A stretch of 63,000 nt of DNA, taken from Candidatus Limnocylindria bacterium (GTDB lineage Bacteria > Chloroflexota > Limnocylindria > P2-11E). The stretch spans positions 1 through 63,000 of the forward strand of contig JBBPYG010000022.1 of assembly GCA_038200085.1 (NCBI GenBank), in the 5' to 3' direction. A program made the translations under genes and the position numbers. The notes under the pieces are model-generated. The model made no database searches. It had not been told where the DNA came from and saw only the letters and a program-made list of their open reading frames with translations. This document shows, piece after piece, positions 53,709 to 63,000 of this stretch (position 1 is the stretch's first letter; the number at the start of each line of letters is the position of its first letter).

Positions 53709-55100
53709 GTGTGCGGGGTATGCGGAATCTGGTCGCCGGCCGCGACTGATCCGACCGACGCGGCGCGCATGGAGTTCTTCTCGCTCTATGCCCTCCAGCA
53801 CCGCGGCCAGGAGTCAGCCGGCATCGCCGCGACGGACGGCCGCGACATCCGCGTCGTGCGGCGCATGGGCCTCGTCGGCCAGGTGTTCGCCGAGCCCGAC
53901 CTCGTCGCGCTCGGTGGCCACGCGGCCATCGGGCACACCCGCTACTCGACGACCGGCTCGTCGCGCATCGACAACGCGCAGCCGATGGTGGTGAGGGGGG
54001 AGGGCCTCGGCGATCTCGCGATCGCGCACAACGGCAACTGCATCAACGCGAGGGAGCTCCGCGATCCGCTGCGCGCCGAGGGCGTCGAGTTCAGCACCTC
54101 GTCCGACACGGAGGTCGTCGCGCAGGCGATCGCGAACGCGGCCGGCGTGACCTGGGACGAGCGCCTCGCGCGCGCGCTGCCAAGACTCGCGGGAGCGTGG
54201 TCGCTCGTGCTGCTGACGCCCCGAGCGCTGTATGCGATCCGCGACCCGCTCGGCGTCAGGCCTCTGTGCCTCGGCCGCAAGGGCGACTCGTGGCTCGTCG
54301 CCAGCGAGACGTGCGCGCTCGACACCGTGGGCGCGACGTTCGTCCGCGACGTCGCGCCGGGCGAGGTCATCCGGATCGACGACCGAGGCCCCGAGAGCAT
54401 CCTCGACCTCGCTGCGCCCGCGCGTGGGCTGTGCCTGTTCGAGCACGTCTACCTCGCGTCGGCGTCGAGCACGCTCGGCGGCGTCTCGCTCTACGCGACG
54501 CGCGAGCGGATGGGCGAGGCGCTCGCGCTCGAGCATCCCGCCGACGCGGACGTCGTGATACCCGTCCCCGACAGCGCGATCCCCGCCGCCGTCGGATACG
54601 CGCGCACGTCCGGCATCCCGTTCCGCGAGGGGCTCATCAAGAACCGCTACATCGGCCGCACGTTCATCCAGCCGTCGCAGGAGCTGCGCGCGCACAACGT
54701 CGCGCTCAAGTACAACGCGCTGCGCGACGTCCTCGATGGCAAGCGCGTCGTCGTGGTCGACGACTCGATCGTGCGCGGATCGACCAGCGGGCCGATCGTG
54801 CAGCTGCTCCGCCGATCGGGAGCGCGCGAGGTCCACATGCGGGTGTGCTCGCCGCCGATCCGCCACGCGTGCTATTTCGGCGTCGACATGGCGCGGCGGG
54901 ACGAGCTGATCGCCTCGCACCTCGACGTCGCCGCGATCCGCGACCACGTCGGCGCCGACACGCTGGGCTACCTCTCGCTGGAGGGCCTCATCGGCGCCAC
55001 GGGTGGGAAGCCCGACGAGTTCTGCGGCGCGTGCTTCACCGGCGATTACCCGGTCCCCGTGCAGCTCGAGCTCGCGAAGGAGGTGCTCGAGCCCTCGTGA
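53709..55100 (+). CDS. purF: Amidophosphoribosyltransferase
   Basis: MCGVCGI (N-terminal Cys nucleophile), LQHRGQESAGIA, GHTRYSTTG, VVVVDDSIVRGST, and C-terminal cysteines (CYFGVD, CGACF). Confidence 0.95.
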   Translation: MCGVCGIWSPAATDPTDAARMEFFSLYALQHRGQESAGIAATDGRDIRVVRRMGLVGQVFAEPDLVALGGHAAIGHTRYSTTGSSRIDNAQPMVVRGEGLGDLAIAHNGNCINARELRDPLRAEGVEFSTSSDTEVVAQAIANAAGVTWDERLARALPRLAGAWSLVLLTPRALYAIRDPLGVRPLCLGRKGDSWLVASETCALDTVGATFVRDVAPGEVIRIDDRGPESILDLAAPARGLCLFEHVYLASASSTLGGVSLYATRERMGEALALEHPADADVVIPVPDSAIPAAVGYARTSGIPFREGLIKNRYIGRTFIQPSQELRAHNVALKYNALRDVLDGKRVVVVDDSIVRGSTSGPIVQLLRRSGAREVHMRVCSPPIRHACYFGVDMARRDELIASHLDVAAIRDHVGADTLGYLSLEGLIGATGGKPDEFCGACFTGDYPVPVQLELAKEVLEPS

Positions 55101-55194
55101 CCGGGCATGGAAATCCGTCCATGCGGATCCCAGACAGCACCGCAAGCACAGCGCGCGGATGGCCGGCGCTCGCACGCATGAAGGGCGCGCGCCC

Positions 55195-56229
55195 GTGACC
55201 ACCTACCGCGACGCGGGCGTCAACGTCGCCCGCGCGGAGGATGCGCTCTCTCGCGTTCGCGAGCGCATCGCGCGGACGAAGCGCCCCGAGGTGCTCGGCG
55301 ACATCGGCGCTTTCGGCGGCCTCTTCCACTTCCGGGGCTACCGCGATCCGGTGCTCGTCGCGACGACCGACGGCGTCGGCACCAAGCTCGAGCTCGCGCG
55401 GATCATGGACCGGCATGAGGTGCCGGGACGCGACCTCGTGAACCACTGCGTGAACGACGCCGCGGCGATGGGCGCGGAGCCGCTGTTCTTCCTCGACTAC
55501 TTCTCCACAGGACGCCTCGATCCAAGCGTCTTCGAGCGCGTCGTCGGCTCCATCGCCGATGCGTGCCGCGACCACGGCTGCGCGCTCCTGGGCGGCGAGA
55601 CCGCGGAGATGCCCGGCATGTACGCGGACGGGACGTACGACCTCGCGGGGTTCCTCGTCGGCGCGGTCGAGCGCGACGGAGTCCTGGATCCGGCGAACGT
55701 CGCGCCCGGCGACATCTGTATCGGCCTGCCGTCGTCCGGCCTACACACCAACGGGTATTCGCTGGCGCGCGCGATCGTCGCGCGCGTCGCCGACGCCGAG
55801 GAGAGCGGCGTGCGCGAGACGCTCGGCCGACATCGGGCGGAGCTCGGCGCATCGCTCGCCGACGCGCTCCTCGCCGGGCACCGGTCGTACCTCGCGTCGA
55901 TGCGTGCGCTGCGAGCGGCAGCACCGGTCCGCGCCGTCGCCCACCTCACCGGGGGCGGCTGGGAAGGCAACCTCCCGCGCGCTCTCGCACCGGGTCAGGG
56001 CGCCGCGATCTCGCGCGACGCGTGGCGCGTGCCACCGATCTTCAGCTGGCTCGCGCTAGAGGGCGGCGTGGAAGAGACCGACGCCTTCGACACCTGGAAC
56101 ATGGGCATCGGTCTCGTCGCGATCGTGCCGGCCGCGGCCGCGCCTGCGGCGCTCGCGGCGGCGCCGGATGCGATCCAGCTCGGTACCGTCGAGACCGCGC
56201 GCGGCGATCGCCGGGTGCGGTTCACATGA
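55195..56229 (+). CDS. purM: AIR synthase
   Basis: TYRDAGV, ATTDGVGTKL, DLVNHCVNDAAAMGAEPLFFLDY, GGETAEMPG, HLTGGG. Start is GTG 55195 (GAAGGG upstream) or ATG 55159. Confidence 0.9.
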   Translation: MTTYRDAGVNVARAEDALSRVRERIARTKRPEVLGDIGAFGGLFHFRGYRDPVLVATTDGVGTKLELARIMDRHEVPGRDLVNHCVNDAAAMGAEPLFFLDYFSTGRLDPSVFERVVGSIADACRDHGCALLGGETAEMPGMYADGTYDLAGFLVGAVERDGVLDPANVAPGDICIGLPSSGLHTNGYSLARAIVARVADAEESGVRETLGRHRAELGASLADALLAGHRSYLASMRALRAAAPVRAVAHLTGGGWEGNLPRALAPGQGAAISRDAWRVPPIFSWLALEGGVEETDAFDTWNMGIGLVAIVPAAAAPAALAAAPDAIQLGTVETARGDRRVRFT

Positions 56230-56346
56230 GATCCACAGCGCCGGCCCGGGCGGCCGAGTTCGCCCTCGACGATCGCCGGACCCGGTCCACGTGAGGCCCG
56301 CGGGCCGCGGCGGGCCGTCAGAGCTTCGGCGCGCCCGAATGTCCGC

Positions 56347-56955
56347 GTGATGCTGCGCGTCGGCGTCCTCGTGTCGGGCCGCGGGACGAACCTCCAGGCG
56401 ATCCTCGACGCGTGCGCGGACGGTCGCCTCGACGCGCAGGTGGTCCACGTCGCATCGAGCCACCCGGGAGCCCCCGCGCTCGAGCGCGCGGCGAACGCCG
56501 GCGTCCCGCACGCGGCGTACGAGATCGCGGCGTACGGGACCCGCGCGTCCGCGCAGCGCGCGATCGCCGACGCGCTCATCGAGGCGGGCGCGGAGCTCGT
56601 CGTCCTGGCCGGCTACAACTTCATCCTCGGGAACGACTTCTTCATACGCCTGCGCAACCTGCCGGTGATCAACACCCACGCCGCGCTCCTGCCGCTGTTC
56701 GGCGGCCCGGGCATGTACGGCATGCGCGTCCACGCCGCGGTGCTCGCATCGGGCGCGAGCGAGTCGGGCGCGACGGTCCACCGCGTGCACCCCGACACCG
56801 TCGACCTCGGTGAGGTCATCGTGCAGCGCCGCGTACCCGTGCTCCGCGGCGACGATCCGGAGACGCTCGCGGCGCGCGTGCTCGACGTCGAGCACGAGGC
56901 CGTCGTCGAGGCCGTACGGCGCTTCACCGTCGCGGCGGAGGTGCGGACCGGCTGA
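56347..56955 (+). CDS. purN: GAR formyltransferase
   Basis: VLVSGRGTNLQAILDA, VLAGY, INTHAALLP.F.G, GATVH.V....D.G. Confidence 0.9.
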   Translation: MMLRVGVLVSGRGTNLQAILDACADGRLDAQVVHVASSHPGAPALERAANAGVPHAAYEIAAYGTRASAQRAIADALIEAGAELVVLAGYNFILGNDFFIRLRNLPVINTHAALLPLFGGPGMYGMRVHAAVLASGASESGATVHRVHPDTVDLGEVIVQRRVPVLRGDDPETLAARVLDVEHEAVVEAVRRFTVAAEVRTG

Positions 56956-57030
56956 CCGGCGCCCCCGTTTCCCGTCCCAGAGACGCGCCCGCTGCGCGCC
57001 GGTGCTCGCGAGCCGCGCGCTCTCTAATCC

Positions 57031-58494
57031 GTGTCGATCAGTAGCATCTCGTCCATGGCCGACCCCATCGACGAACGTGCGCTCGTCGCGGATGCGCTGC
57101 ATTCGGCGCTGCGCACGGCCGAGGAGTACCTCGGCGGCATCGACGACGCCATCGTCCGAGCACGTGACGCCGATGCCGTCGCGGAGCCCTTCGCCGTACC
57201 GCTCCCCGAGCACGGGCTCGGGACGCTCCCGGCGCTCGAGCGCCTCGTCGAAGGGAGCGACGCGATCGTGCGCGCGTCCGGGCCGCGGTTCTTCGGCTTC
57301 GTCCAGGGCGGCGGCACGCCCGCGGCCCTCGCGGCCGACGTGCTCGCGTCGGTGTGGGACCAGAACGCCGGGCTGTGGGCCGGATCTCCGCTCGCGTCGC
57401 GGCTGGAAGCCGTCTCGATCGATTGGCTGAAGGATCTCTTCGGCCTGCCGAAGGAGTGGGGCGGCGTACTGACGACAGGCGCCACGATGGCGAACTTCGT
57501 CGGTCTCGCCGCGGCGCGCCGCTGGTGGGCCGAGCGCCACGGCGTCGACGTCGAGGAGGCGGGCCTCGCGGGCATGCCTCCCATGCCCATCCTGACAGGT
57601 GGGTACATCCACGTGAGCGCCGTGAAGGCGATCGCCATGCTCGGTCTCGGGCGCGCGAACATCCGCCGGTTCGCGAGCGACGCTGTCGGACGCCTCGATG
57701 TCGACGCGCTCGAGGCCGCGCTGCGCGGACTCGGCGGCGCGCCCGCGATCATCGTCGCGAACGCGGGCGAGGTGAACGCCGGCGATTTCGATCCCATCGC
57801 GCGCCTGGCTGACCTCGCGGAGCGCCACGGCGCGTGGCTCCACGTCGATGGCGCGTTCGGCCTGTTCGCGCGCGCCACTCCGCGCGCCAGCGCGCTCGCG
57901 GAAGGCGTCGAGCGCGCGCACTCGGTCATCGCCGACGGCCACAAGTGGCTGAACGTGCCGTACGACTGCGGCTTCGCATTCGTCCGCGACGCCGAGCGCC
58001 TCGAGCGCAGCTTCGGCGCGACGGCGGCCTACCTCGGCACTCCCGACCGGGCGCGCCCCGACCTCGCGTACCGCGGTCCCGAGATGTCGCGCCGCGCGCG
58101 CGGTTTCGCGGTGTGGGCGACGCTCGCGGCGTACGGACGCGACGGCTACCGCGCGATGATCGAGCGCCACCTCGCCCTCGCGCAGCGGCTCGCGCGGCAC
58201 ATCGACGCCGCGCCCGATCTCGAGCTGCTCGCCGAGGCGCGGCTCAACATCGTGTGCTTCCGCTACCGCCCGATCTCGGCGCACCCCAGCGAGCTGGACG
58301 CGCTCAACGAGCGCCTCGGCCGCGAGCTGCTCGCCGACGGACGCGTCTTTGTCGGGACCACCCGCTACGGCGGGCGCGTCGCCTTCCGCCCCGCGATCGT
58401 GAACTGGCGCACCACCGAAAACGACGTCGACCTCATCGTCGAGGTCGTTCGCGAGCTCGGCGGCGCGCTCTCCACGGCGGTGCCTTCCGCCTGA
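57031..58494 (+). CDS. Group II pyridoxal-dependent decarboxylase family protein
   Basis: TTGATMANFVGLAAAR, HVDGAFG, SVIADGHKWLNVPYDCG (PLP lysine). Confidence 0.85.
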   Translation: MSISSISSMADPIDERALVADALHSALRTAEEYLGGIDDAIVRARDADAVAEPFAVPLPEHGLGTLPALERLVEGSDAIVRASGPRFFGFVQGGGTPAALAADVLASVWDQNAGLWAGSPLASRLEAVSIDWLKDLFGLPKEWGGVLTTGATMANFVGLAAARRWWAERHGVDVEEAGLAGMPPMPILTGGYIHVSAVKAIAMLGLGRANIRRFASDAVGRLDVDALEAALRGLGGAPAIIVANAGEVNAGDFDPIARLADLAERHGAWLHVDGAFGLFARATPRASALAEGVERAHSVIADGHKWLNVPYDCGFAFVRDAERLERSFGATAAYLGTPDRARPDLAYRGPEMSRRARGFAVWATLAAYGRDGYRAMIERHLALAQRLARHIDAAPDLELLAEARLNIVCFRYRPISAHPSELDALNERLGRELLADGRVFVGTTRYGGRVAFRPAIVNWRTTENDVDLIVEVVRELGGALSTAVPSA

Positions 58495-58652
58495 TCCGGC
58501 GCTCGGTCCTGCAGGGGCGTGTCCCGGCGTTCGCAGCACCTTTCAATGACGAGTCTCCGAAGGCGTGCTGCCCGCCTCACCCGGCCTGGGCCACTTGGGC
58601 GACGCGGCGCTCACTTTCCAAGGCTCAAAACGCTGCGGCCCCCACGTCGGTC

Positions 58653-59189
58653 TTACACCCGGATGACCTCGAGCCCGACGGGTCCGTCGCCTTCGTACGT
58701 GACCCGCACGCCCTCGCAGTAGCCGAACGATGGCCCCGCGAAGACGGCTCCCAAGCGGGCCGCAAGCTGCGCCGCCGGCAGCTCGATGGCACCGCCGTGG
58801 GACGCGGCAAGGACGGTCCCATCGGCGCTGACCTTCGCGATCAACGAAGCCCACACGTCCAGCTGTTCGTCAGCGACCTGTCTCGCGACCGCGTCGCCCC
58901 GCACGAACGCGACCCAGTGAGGCATCTCGCCGAGGGCCACGTACTCGCCGCGTGCCATGACCGATCCGAGATCCGGCAGGAGCGCGGGGACGATCTCGTC
59001 GAGCCTTCCGGCGATAAGCCGCGCGGTCTGCCGCGCCCGCGCGACCGGCGTCGCGACGACCAGCTCGTATCTCGGGGCGGACCGGGAGAGCGCCTCTGCC
59101 ATGGCGCGGCCGTCCGCGGAGAGGCCGCTTCCCTCATCCGAACGGTCGGAGCGCTCGGCGTGACGCCGGATCTCGAAGGTCTTCGGCAT
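58653..59189 (-). CDS. Histidine phosphatase (phosphoglycerate mutase-like) family protein
   Basis: N-terminal IRRHAERS (RHG/RHA motif) and AASHGGAIE. Confidence 0.75.
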   Translation of the reverse strand: MPKTFEIRRHAERSDRSDEGSGLSADGRAMAEALSRSAPRYELVVATPVARARQTARLIAGRLDEIVPALLPDLGSVMARGEYVALGEMPHWVAFVRGDAVARQVADEQLDVWASLIAKVSADGTVLAASHGGAIELPAAQLAARLGAVFAGPSFGYCEGVRVTYEGDGPVGLEVIRV

Positions 59190-59256
59190 CCTGCGATGCT
59201 ACGGGCCACGGCTGCCCTGCCGGCCCACAGCCGACCCTTTGCTAATCTTCGGCGCG

Positions 59257-60318
59257 ATGCGCGTCCTCATCACCGGGATCACCGGTTTCGCCGGCAGCCA
59301 CCTCGCGGAGTACATCCTCGCCCACCACTCCGACGTCGCGATCTACGGCACATACCGCTGGCGATCGCGCATGGAGAACCTCGAGGACATCAAGCGGTCC
59401 GGCAAGCTCGACATCGTCGAGGGCCGCTTCTCGGACGGCGCGGGCCTGCGCGACGAGACGAAGATCGGCCGCGTGACGCTCCTCCACTGCGAGCTCACCG
59501 ACGCCGGTGCGGTCGAGAAGCTGATCGGGGCGGTCCAGCCGCAGCGGATCTACCATCTCGCGGCGCAGTCCTTCGTCCAGTCGTCGTTCGATGAGCCCGC
59601 CTCCACCCTGCACATCAACATCACCTCGCAGCTGAACATCCTCGAGGCGATCCGCCGCCATGACACGCAGATCCGGATGCACATCGCGGGGTCCAGCGAG
59701 GAGTACGGCCTCGTCCATCCCGACGAAGTGCCGATGAAGGAGACCAACCCGCTGCGCCCGCTCTCCCCGTACGCGGTCAGCAAGGTGACGCAGGACAAGC
59801 TTGCCTTCCAGTACTTCAAGTCGTACGGGCTGCACCTGGTCGTCACTCGCGGCTTCAATCACACCGGACCGAGGCGCGGGCTGATCTTCGTCACCAGCAC
59901 GTTCGCCAAGCAGATCGCCGAGATCGAGGCAGGGCTCCACGAGCCCATCCTCTACGTGGGTGACCTCACGCCCAAGCGCGACTGGACCGACGTGCGCGAC
60001 ATGGTCCGCGCGTACTGGATGTCGCTGGACACCGCGGAGCCGGGCGAGACGTACAACATCGGCAGCGGCCGCACCTGGTCGATCCGCGAGATGCTCGACA
60101 TCCTTCTGACCCATACCGACGCGAAGATCCGCACCCAGGAAGACCCCGCGCGCCTGCGCCCGAGCGACGTTCCGATCCTCTGGTCCGACTCCTCCCGTTT
60201 CCGGCGCATGACGGGCTGGGAGCCGCTGATCCCGTTCGATCAGACGCTCCGCGACCTCCTCGACTACTGGCGGGCGCGCGTACGCTCGGACAGCGAGCGA
60301 GTGCGGGCGGAGGTCTAG
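59257..60318 (+). CDS. GDP-mannose 4,6-dehydratase/GDP-6-deoxy-sugar reductase-like SDR
   Basis: MRVLITGITGFAGSHLAEYIL, HLAAQSFV, SPYAVSK (YxxxK), GFNHTGPRRG. Confidence 0.8.
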   Translation: MRVLITGITGFAGSHLAEYILAHHSDVAIYGTYRWRSRMENLEDIKRSGKLDIVEGRFSDGAGLRDETKIGRVTLLHCELTDAGAVEKLIGAVQPQRIYHLAAQSFVQSSFDEPASTLHINITSQLNILEAIRRHDTQIRMHIAGSSEEYGLVHPDEVPMKETNPLRPLSPYAVSKVTQDKLAFQYFKSYGLHLVVTRGFNHTGPRRGLIFVTSTFAKQIAEIEAGLHEPILYVGDLTPKRDWTDVRDMVRAYWMSLDTAEPGETYNIGSGRTWSIREMLDILLTHTDAKIRTQEDPARLRPSDVPILWSDSSRFRRMTGWEPLIPFDQTLRDLLDYWRARVRSDSERVRAEV

Positions 60319-60816
60319 ATGCCGGATATCGGCGCCATTTGGACGGGGTTCCTCAACAACGCGCTGGTGCAGTTCGCGGTGCGGTTCAGCCTGCTGTACG
60401 TCGTGGCGCTCTACCTCGCGATGGTCTTCTGGACCGTCCGCGACGCGCAGCAGCGGACCGAGAACGCGATCCTGCCGTACCTCGCCGGCCTCCTCGTGGT
60501 CGTCCTGAACGTGCTGGGCCTGTTCCTGTACCTGATCGTGCGGCCTCGCGAGACCCTGGGCGAGGGCTACGAGCGCCAGCTCGCGGAGGAGAGCCTCCTG
60601 GCGGAGGCGGAGCAGCGCGTCGTCTGCCCGACCTGCCACGAACGGGTCGCCGAGGAGTTCCTCCTCTGCCCCACGTGCCGCACGAGGCTGAAGCGCGTCT
60701 GCCCGTCGTGCGCAAAGCTGATCCGCCCCGAGTGGAACATCTGCCCGTACTGCGCCAAGGACTTCGACGAGCGCGACTGGACCGTCCACGCGGGAGGAAA
60801 GGTCAGAACGACCTAG
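60319..60816 (+). CDS. Membrane protein with a PLD-N-like N-terminal domain and a double zinc ribbon
   Basis: Two transmembrane segments, VFWTVRDAQQR, then CPTC...CPTC...CPSC...CPYC. Confidence 0.7.
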   Translation: MPDIGAIWTGFLNNALVQFAVRFSLLYVVALYLAMVFWTVRDAQQRTENAILPYLAGLLVVVLNVLGLFLYLIVRPRETLGEGYERQLAEESLLAEAEQRVVCPTCHERVAEEFLLCPTCRTRLKRVCPSCAKLIRPEWNICPYCAKDFDERDWTVHAGGKVRTT

Positions 60817-60894
60817 GTAACCCCTCGCCGCGGCTTCCCCTTCACGCTACTGTTACGCGGCGTTCGATCGCTCGCATGCGGGAAGGGACGGCGC

Positions 60895-61947
60895 CTGCTG
60901 CTCGACGGTCTGTTCGGCCTCGTCTCGCGGGACATCGGCATCGATCTCGGCACCGCGAACACGCTCGTGCATGTGCGCGGGCGTGGCATCGTCATCACGG
61001 AGCCGTCCGTCGTGGCCAAGGACACCCGCTCGGGCCAGGTGCTCGCGGTGGGGGCCGAGGCCAAGCGCATGGTCGGAAGGACGCCGGCCGGGATCGAGGC
61101 GATCAGACCGCTCAAGGACGGCGTCATCAGCGACTTCGACGTCACCGAATACATGCTTCGGCACTTCATCCGTCAGGTTCACGACCGGGCAGGCCTGTTC
61201 GGGCGGCCGCGGGTGGTCATCGGCATCCCCTCGGGCGTCACCGAGGTCGAAAAGCGCGCGGTGCTGGAGGCGGCCCTCAACGCCGGCGCGCGCTGGGCGC
61301 GGCTGGTCGAGGAGCCGATGGCCGCGGCGATCGGAGCGGGTCTGCCCGTGAACGAGCCGTCGGGCTCGATGATCGTCGACATCGGCGGCGGGACGACGGA
61401 GGTCGCGGTGACCTCGCTCGGCGGCATCGTCCTCTCGCGGTCGATGCGCATCGGCGGCGATGAGATGGACCAGGACATCGTCGCGTACGCGCGGCGCGAG
61501 TTCAATCTGCTCATGGGCGAGCGCACCGCCGAGGACGTCAAGATCGCGGTCGGCTCGGCCTGCCCGCTCGACGAAGAGGTGGCGACGCTGTTCCGCGGAC
61601 GCGATCTCTTGACGGGGCTGCCGCGGTCCGTCGAGGTGACGAGCGCGCAGGTGCGCGAGGCGCTCGAGCCGTCGGTGCAGCAGATCGTCGACGCCGTGAA
61701 GAACACGATCGAGGAGACGCCGCCCGAGCTCATCGCGGACGTCGTGGACCAGGGGATCTACCTCGCGGGCGGCGGCGCGCTGCTCCGTGGCCTCGACGTC
61801 CGCATCGTCGAGGCGACGCAGATGAGCGTGCGCATCGCGGAGGACCCGCTCACCTGCGTCGTGCGCGGGACCGGCATCATCCTCGACGCGCTGCCGGAGT
61901 ACACGCGAAGCCTGGTCACCGATACGTACGCGGCGTCGCCGCGGTAG
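60895..61947 (+). CDS. mreB: Rod-shape-determining protein MreB, predicted CTG start
   Basis: GLFGLVSRDIGIDLGTANTLVHV (phosphate-1 motif) is in frame upstream of the first canonical start (GTG 60967). The open frame 60817-60966 contains no ATG/GTG/TTG. CTG 60895 sits 6 nt after GGGAAGGGA. The rest (MIVDIGGGTTEVAV, YLAGGGALLRGLD) is canonical MreB. Confidence 0.85.
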   Translation: MLLDGLFGLVSRDIGIDLGTANTLVHVRGRGIVITEPSVVAKDTRSGQVLAVGAEAKRMVGRTPAGIEAIRPLKDGVISDFDVTEYMLRHFIRQVHDRAGLFGRPRVVIGIPSGVTEVEKRAVLEAALNAGARWARLVEEPMAAAIGAGLPVNEPSGSMIVDIGGGTTEVAVTSLGGIVLSRSMRIGGDEMDQDIVAYARREFNLLMGERTAEDVKIAVGSACPLDEEVATLFRGRDLLTGLPRSVEVTSAQVREALEPSVQQIVDAVKNTIEETPPELIADVVDQGIYLAGGGALLRGLDVRIVEATQMSVRIAEDPLTCVVRGTGIILDALPEYTRSLVTDTYAASPR

Positions 61948-61950
61948 GGC

Positions 61951-62820
61951 GTGGCGACGCTCGGGCGCACCAGGATGAGCCTCGCCCGCGGTGGGAACCT
62001 CGCCGGCACGCGCCGCGCTCCGCTGCGGCCCTTCCTCGTCCTGTTCGCGGTGTCGATCCTCCTGGTGGTCATGCGCGACGCCGCTCCGGTCCGCGCGTTC
62101 GCCGCCGGCGCGACCGCGATCCTGGCTCCGGCGGCGCGAATGGTCGCGGACGGTGGCGCCGCGGCATCGCGCGCGTTCGGCGTCATCACCGAGATCGACC
62201 GGCTGCGCGCCGACAACGCGCGTCTGCGCACCGACAACGACCGGCTCGCGCTCGACAACGTCCGTCTGCGCGAGCAGGCGGTGGCCGCGCAGCAGGCGGC
62301 GAGGCTCGACGCAGCGGCCCGCGGCCTGCCATTCGAGTCGGTGCCCGCGGCCGTCATCGCGCGCGACCCGTCAGGCGTGCGCAGCGCCATCGTGCTGTCG
62401 GCCGGCAGCGACCAGGGCATCAAGACGGGACACATCGTGGTCGGCGACACCGGCGTGGTCGGCCGCATCGGCGAGGTGGGCAGCAACTTCAGCAAGGTGC
62501 TTCTCATCACCGATTCAGGCTCGACCGTCTCGGCGCTGGCGCAGGGCTCGCGCGCCAGTGGGATCGTGCGAGGGCAGTACGGCGACACGCTGCTGTTGGA
62601 CTGGGTGCTCCAGAGCGACCCGGTCAAGGTCGGCGACGTCGTGATCACGGCGGGGCTGGCCCTCGGCACCGACCTGCGTTCGTACTACCCCAAGGGCCTC
62701 GTCATCGGGACCGTGACCGCGGTCGAGAAGGCGGAGAACGCGGCGTATCAGAGGGCGGTGGTCGCTCCAGCGGTGGATCTGCGCCACCTCGAGAGCGCGC
62801 TTGTCGTGAAGACGTACTAA
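61951..62820 (+). CDS. mreC: Rod-shape-determining protein MreC
   Basis: N-terminal TM segment, coiled-coil LRADNARLRTDNDRLALDNVRLREQ, VVGRIGEV......VLLITD, PKGLVIGTV. Confidence 0.9.
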   Translation: MATLGRTRMSLARGGNLAGTRRAPLRPFLVLFAVSILLVVMRDAAPVRAFAAGATAILAPAARMVADGGAAASRAFGVITEIDRLRADNARLRTDNDRLALDNVRLREQAVAAQQAARLDAAARGLPFESVPAAVIARDPSGVRSAIVLSAGSDQGIKTGHIVVGDTGVVGRIGEVGSNFSKVLLITDSGSTVSALAQGSRASGIVRGQYGDTLLLDWVLQSDPVKVGDVVITAGLALGTDLRSYYPKGLVIGTVTAVEKAENAAYQRAVVAPAVDLRHLESALVVKTY

Positions 62821-63000
62821 GCCTGCCCATTGCTGAATATCGCGATCGCGAGCACCGTGAACGACGTCGCAGCACGTGGGGGGCGCCCGCCCGGCGTGCG
62901 AACGAGGTTGGCCTTGCCGGTGCCGGCTGGTAGCGTGGCAGGATCGCCTACCCAAGATCGCGGCACGCGCCGCTGACAGCTCGCGCGAAAAGCGTGACCG

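Noticed and set aside
56056-58539. 827-aa ORF on the minus strand
   Set aside because: It is a shadow frame opposite purN and the PLP decarboxylase, with no recognisable motifs and the same Arg/Glu/Asp-rich composition.
62821-63000. Expected mreD after mreC
   Set aside because: None of the frames in the remaining 180 nt encodes a hydrophobic MreD-like N-terminus, and the window ends too soon to decide.
1-63000. CRISPR arrays, rRNA genes, IS elements/transposases, integrases
   Set aside because: No regularly spaced direct repeats, no rRNA-like conserved stretches, and no DDE, tyrosine- or serine-recombinase motifs were seen in any listed ORF.

Overview
Very GC-rich (roughly 70% by eye) bacterial chromosomal window, densely coded on both strands. 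Many gene pairs are translationally coupled through ATGA/GTGA overlaps. The LexA boxes are of the GAAC-N4-GTTC type seen in Gram-positive, actinobacterial and Chloroflexi-like lineages; the taxon cannot be fixed from sequence alone. Content from left to right: (1) an RlpA-like wall enzyme, a KGG-repeat stress protein and a small module of unknown function; (2) HD and DJ-1/PfpI genes, iscA-like, and a thiE, thiS-thiG (fused), thiO thiamine operon; (3) amidase and D-aminoacylase; (4) a truncated ilvC-like gene plus aminotransferase operon preceded by a candidate leader-peptide attenuator; (5) a cell-wall amidase, a frameshifted alpha/beta hydrolase and bcp; (6) an A/T-richer islet carrying a HIRAN-domain cassette; (7) a UbiX/UbiD (prFMN) accessory island with a Liv-type ABC transporter, GntR regulator, thioredoxin, cupin, EthD and OYE; (8) tRNA-Asp with flanking gene remnants; (9) a lexA, alkZ/ycaQ-like, dinB SOS operon; (10) mscS, DUF1232 and rplI; (11) two tandem dnaB paralogs behind a LexA-box promoter; (12) a large purine block in the order purA, guaB, guaA, purD, purE, purB, purC, purS, purQ, inserted gene, purL, purF, purM, purN; (13) a PLP decarboxylase, a sugar-nucleotide dehydratase and mreB-mreC. 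The most unusual signals are the SOS-box-controlled coupled dnaB pair, a fused MntA-HepT-like gene wedged inside purQ-purL, the HIRAN cassette, a BCAA-type attenuator, and two conserved genes (trx, mreB) that appear to need CTG start codons. No CRISPR array, rRNA, transposase or intact prophage was seen. All functional calls come from reading motifs in the translated ORFs; no database search was run.
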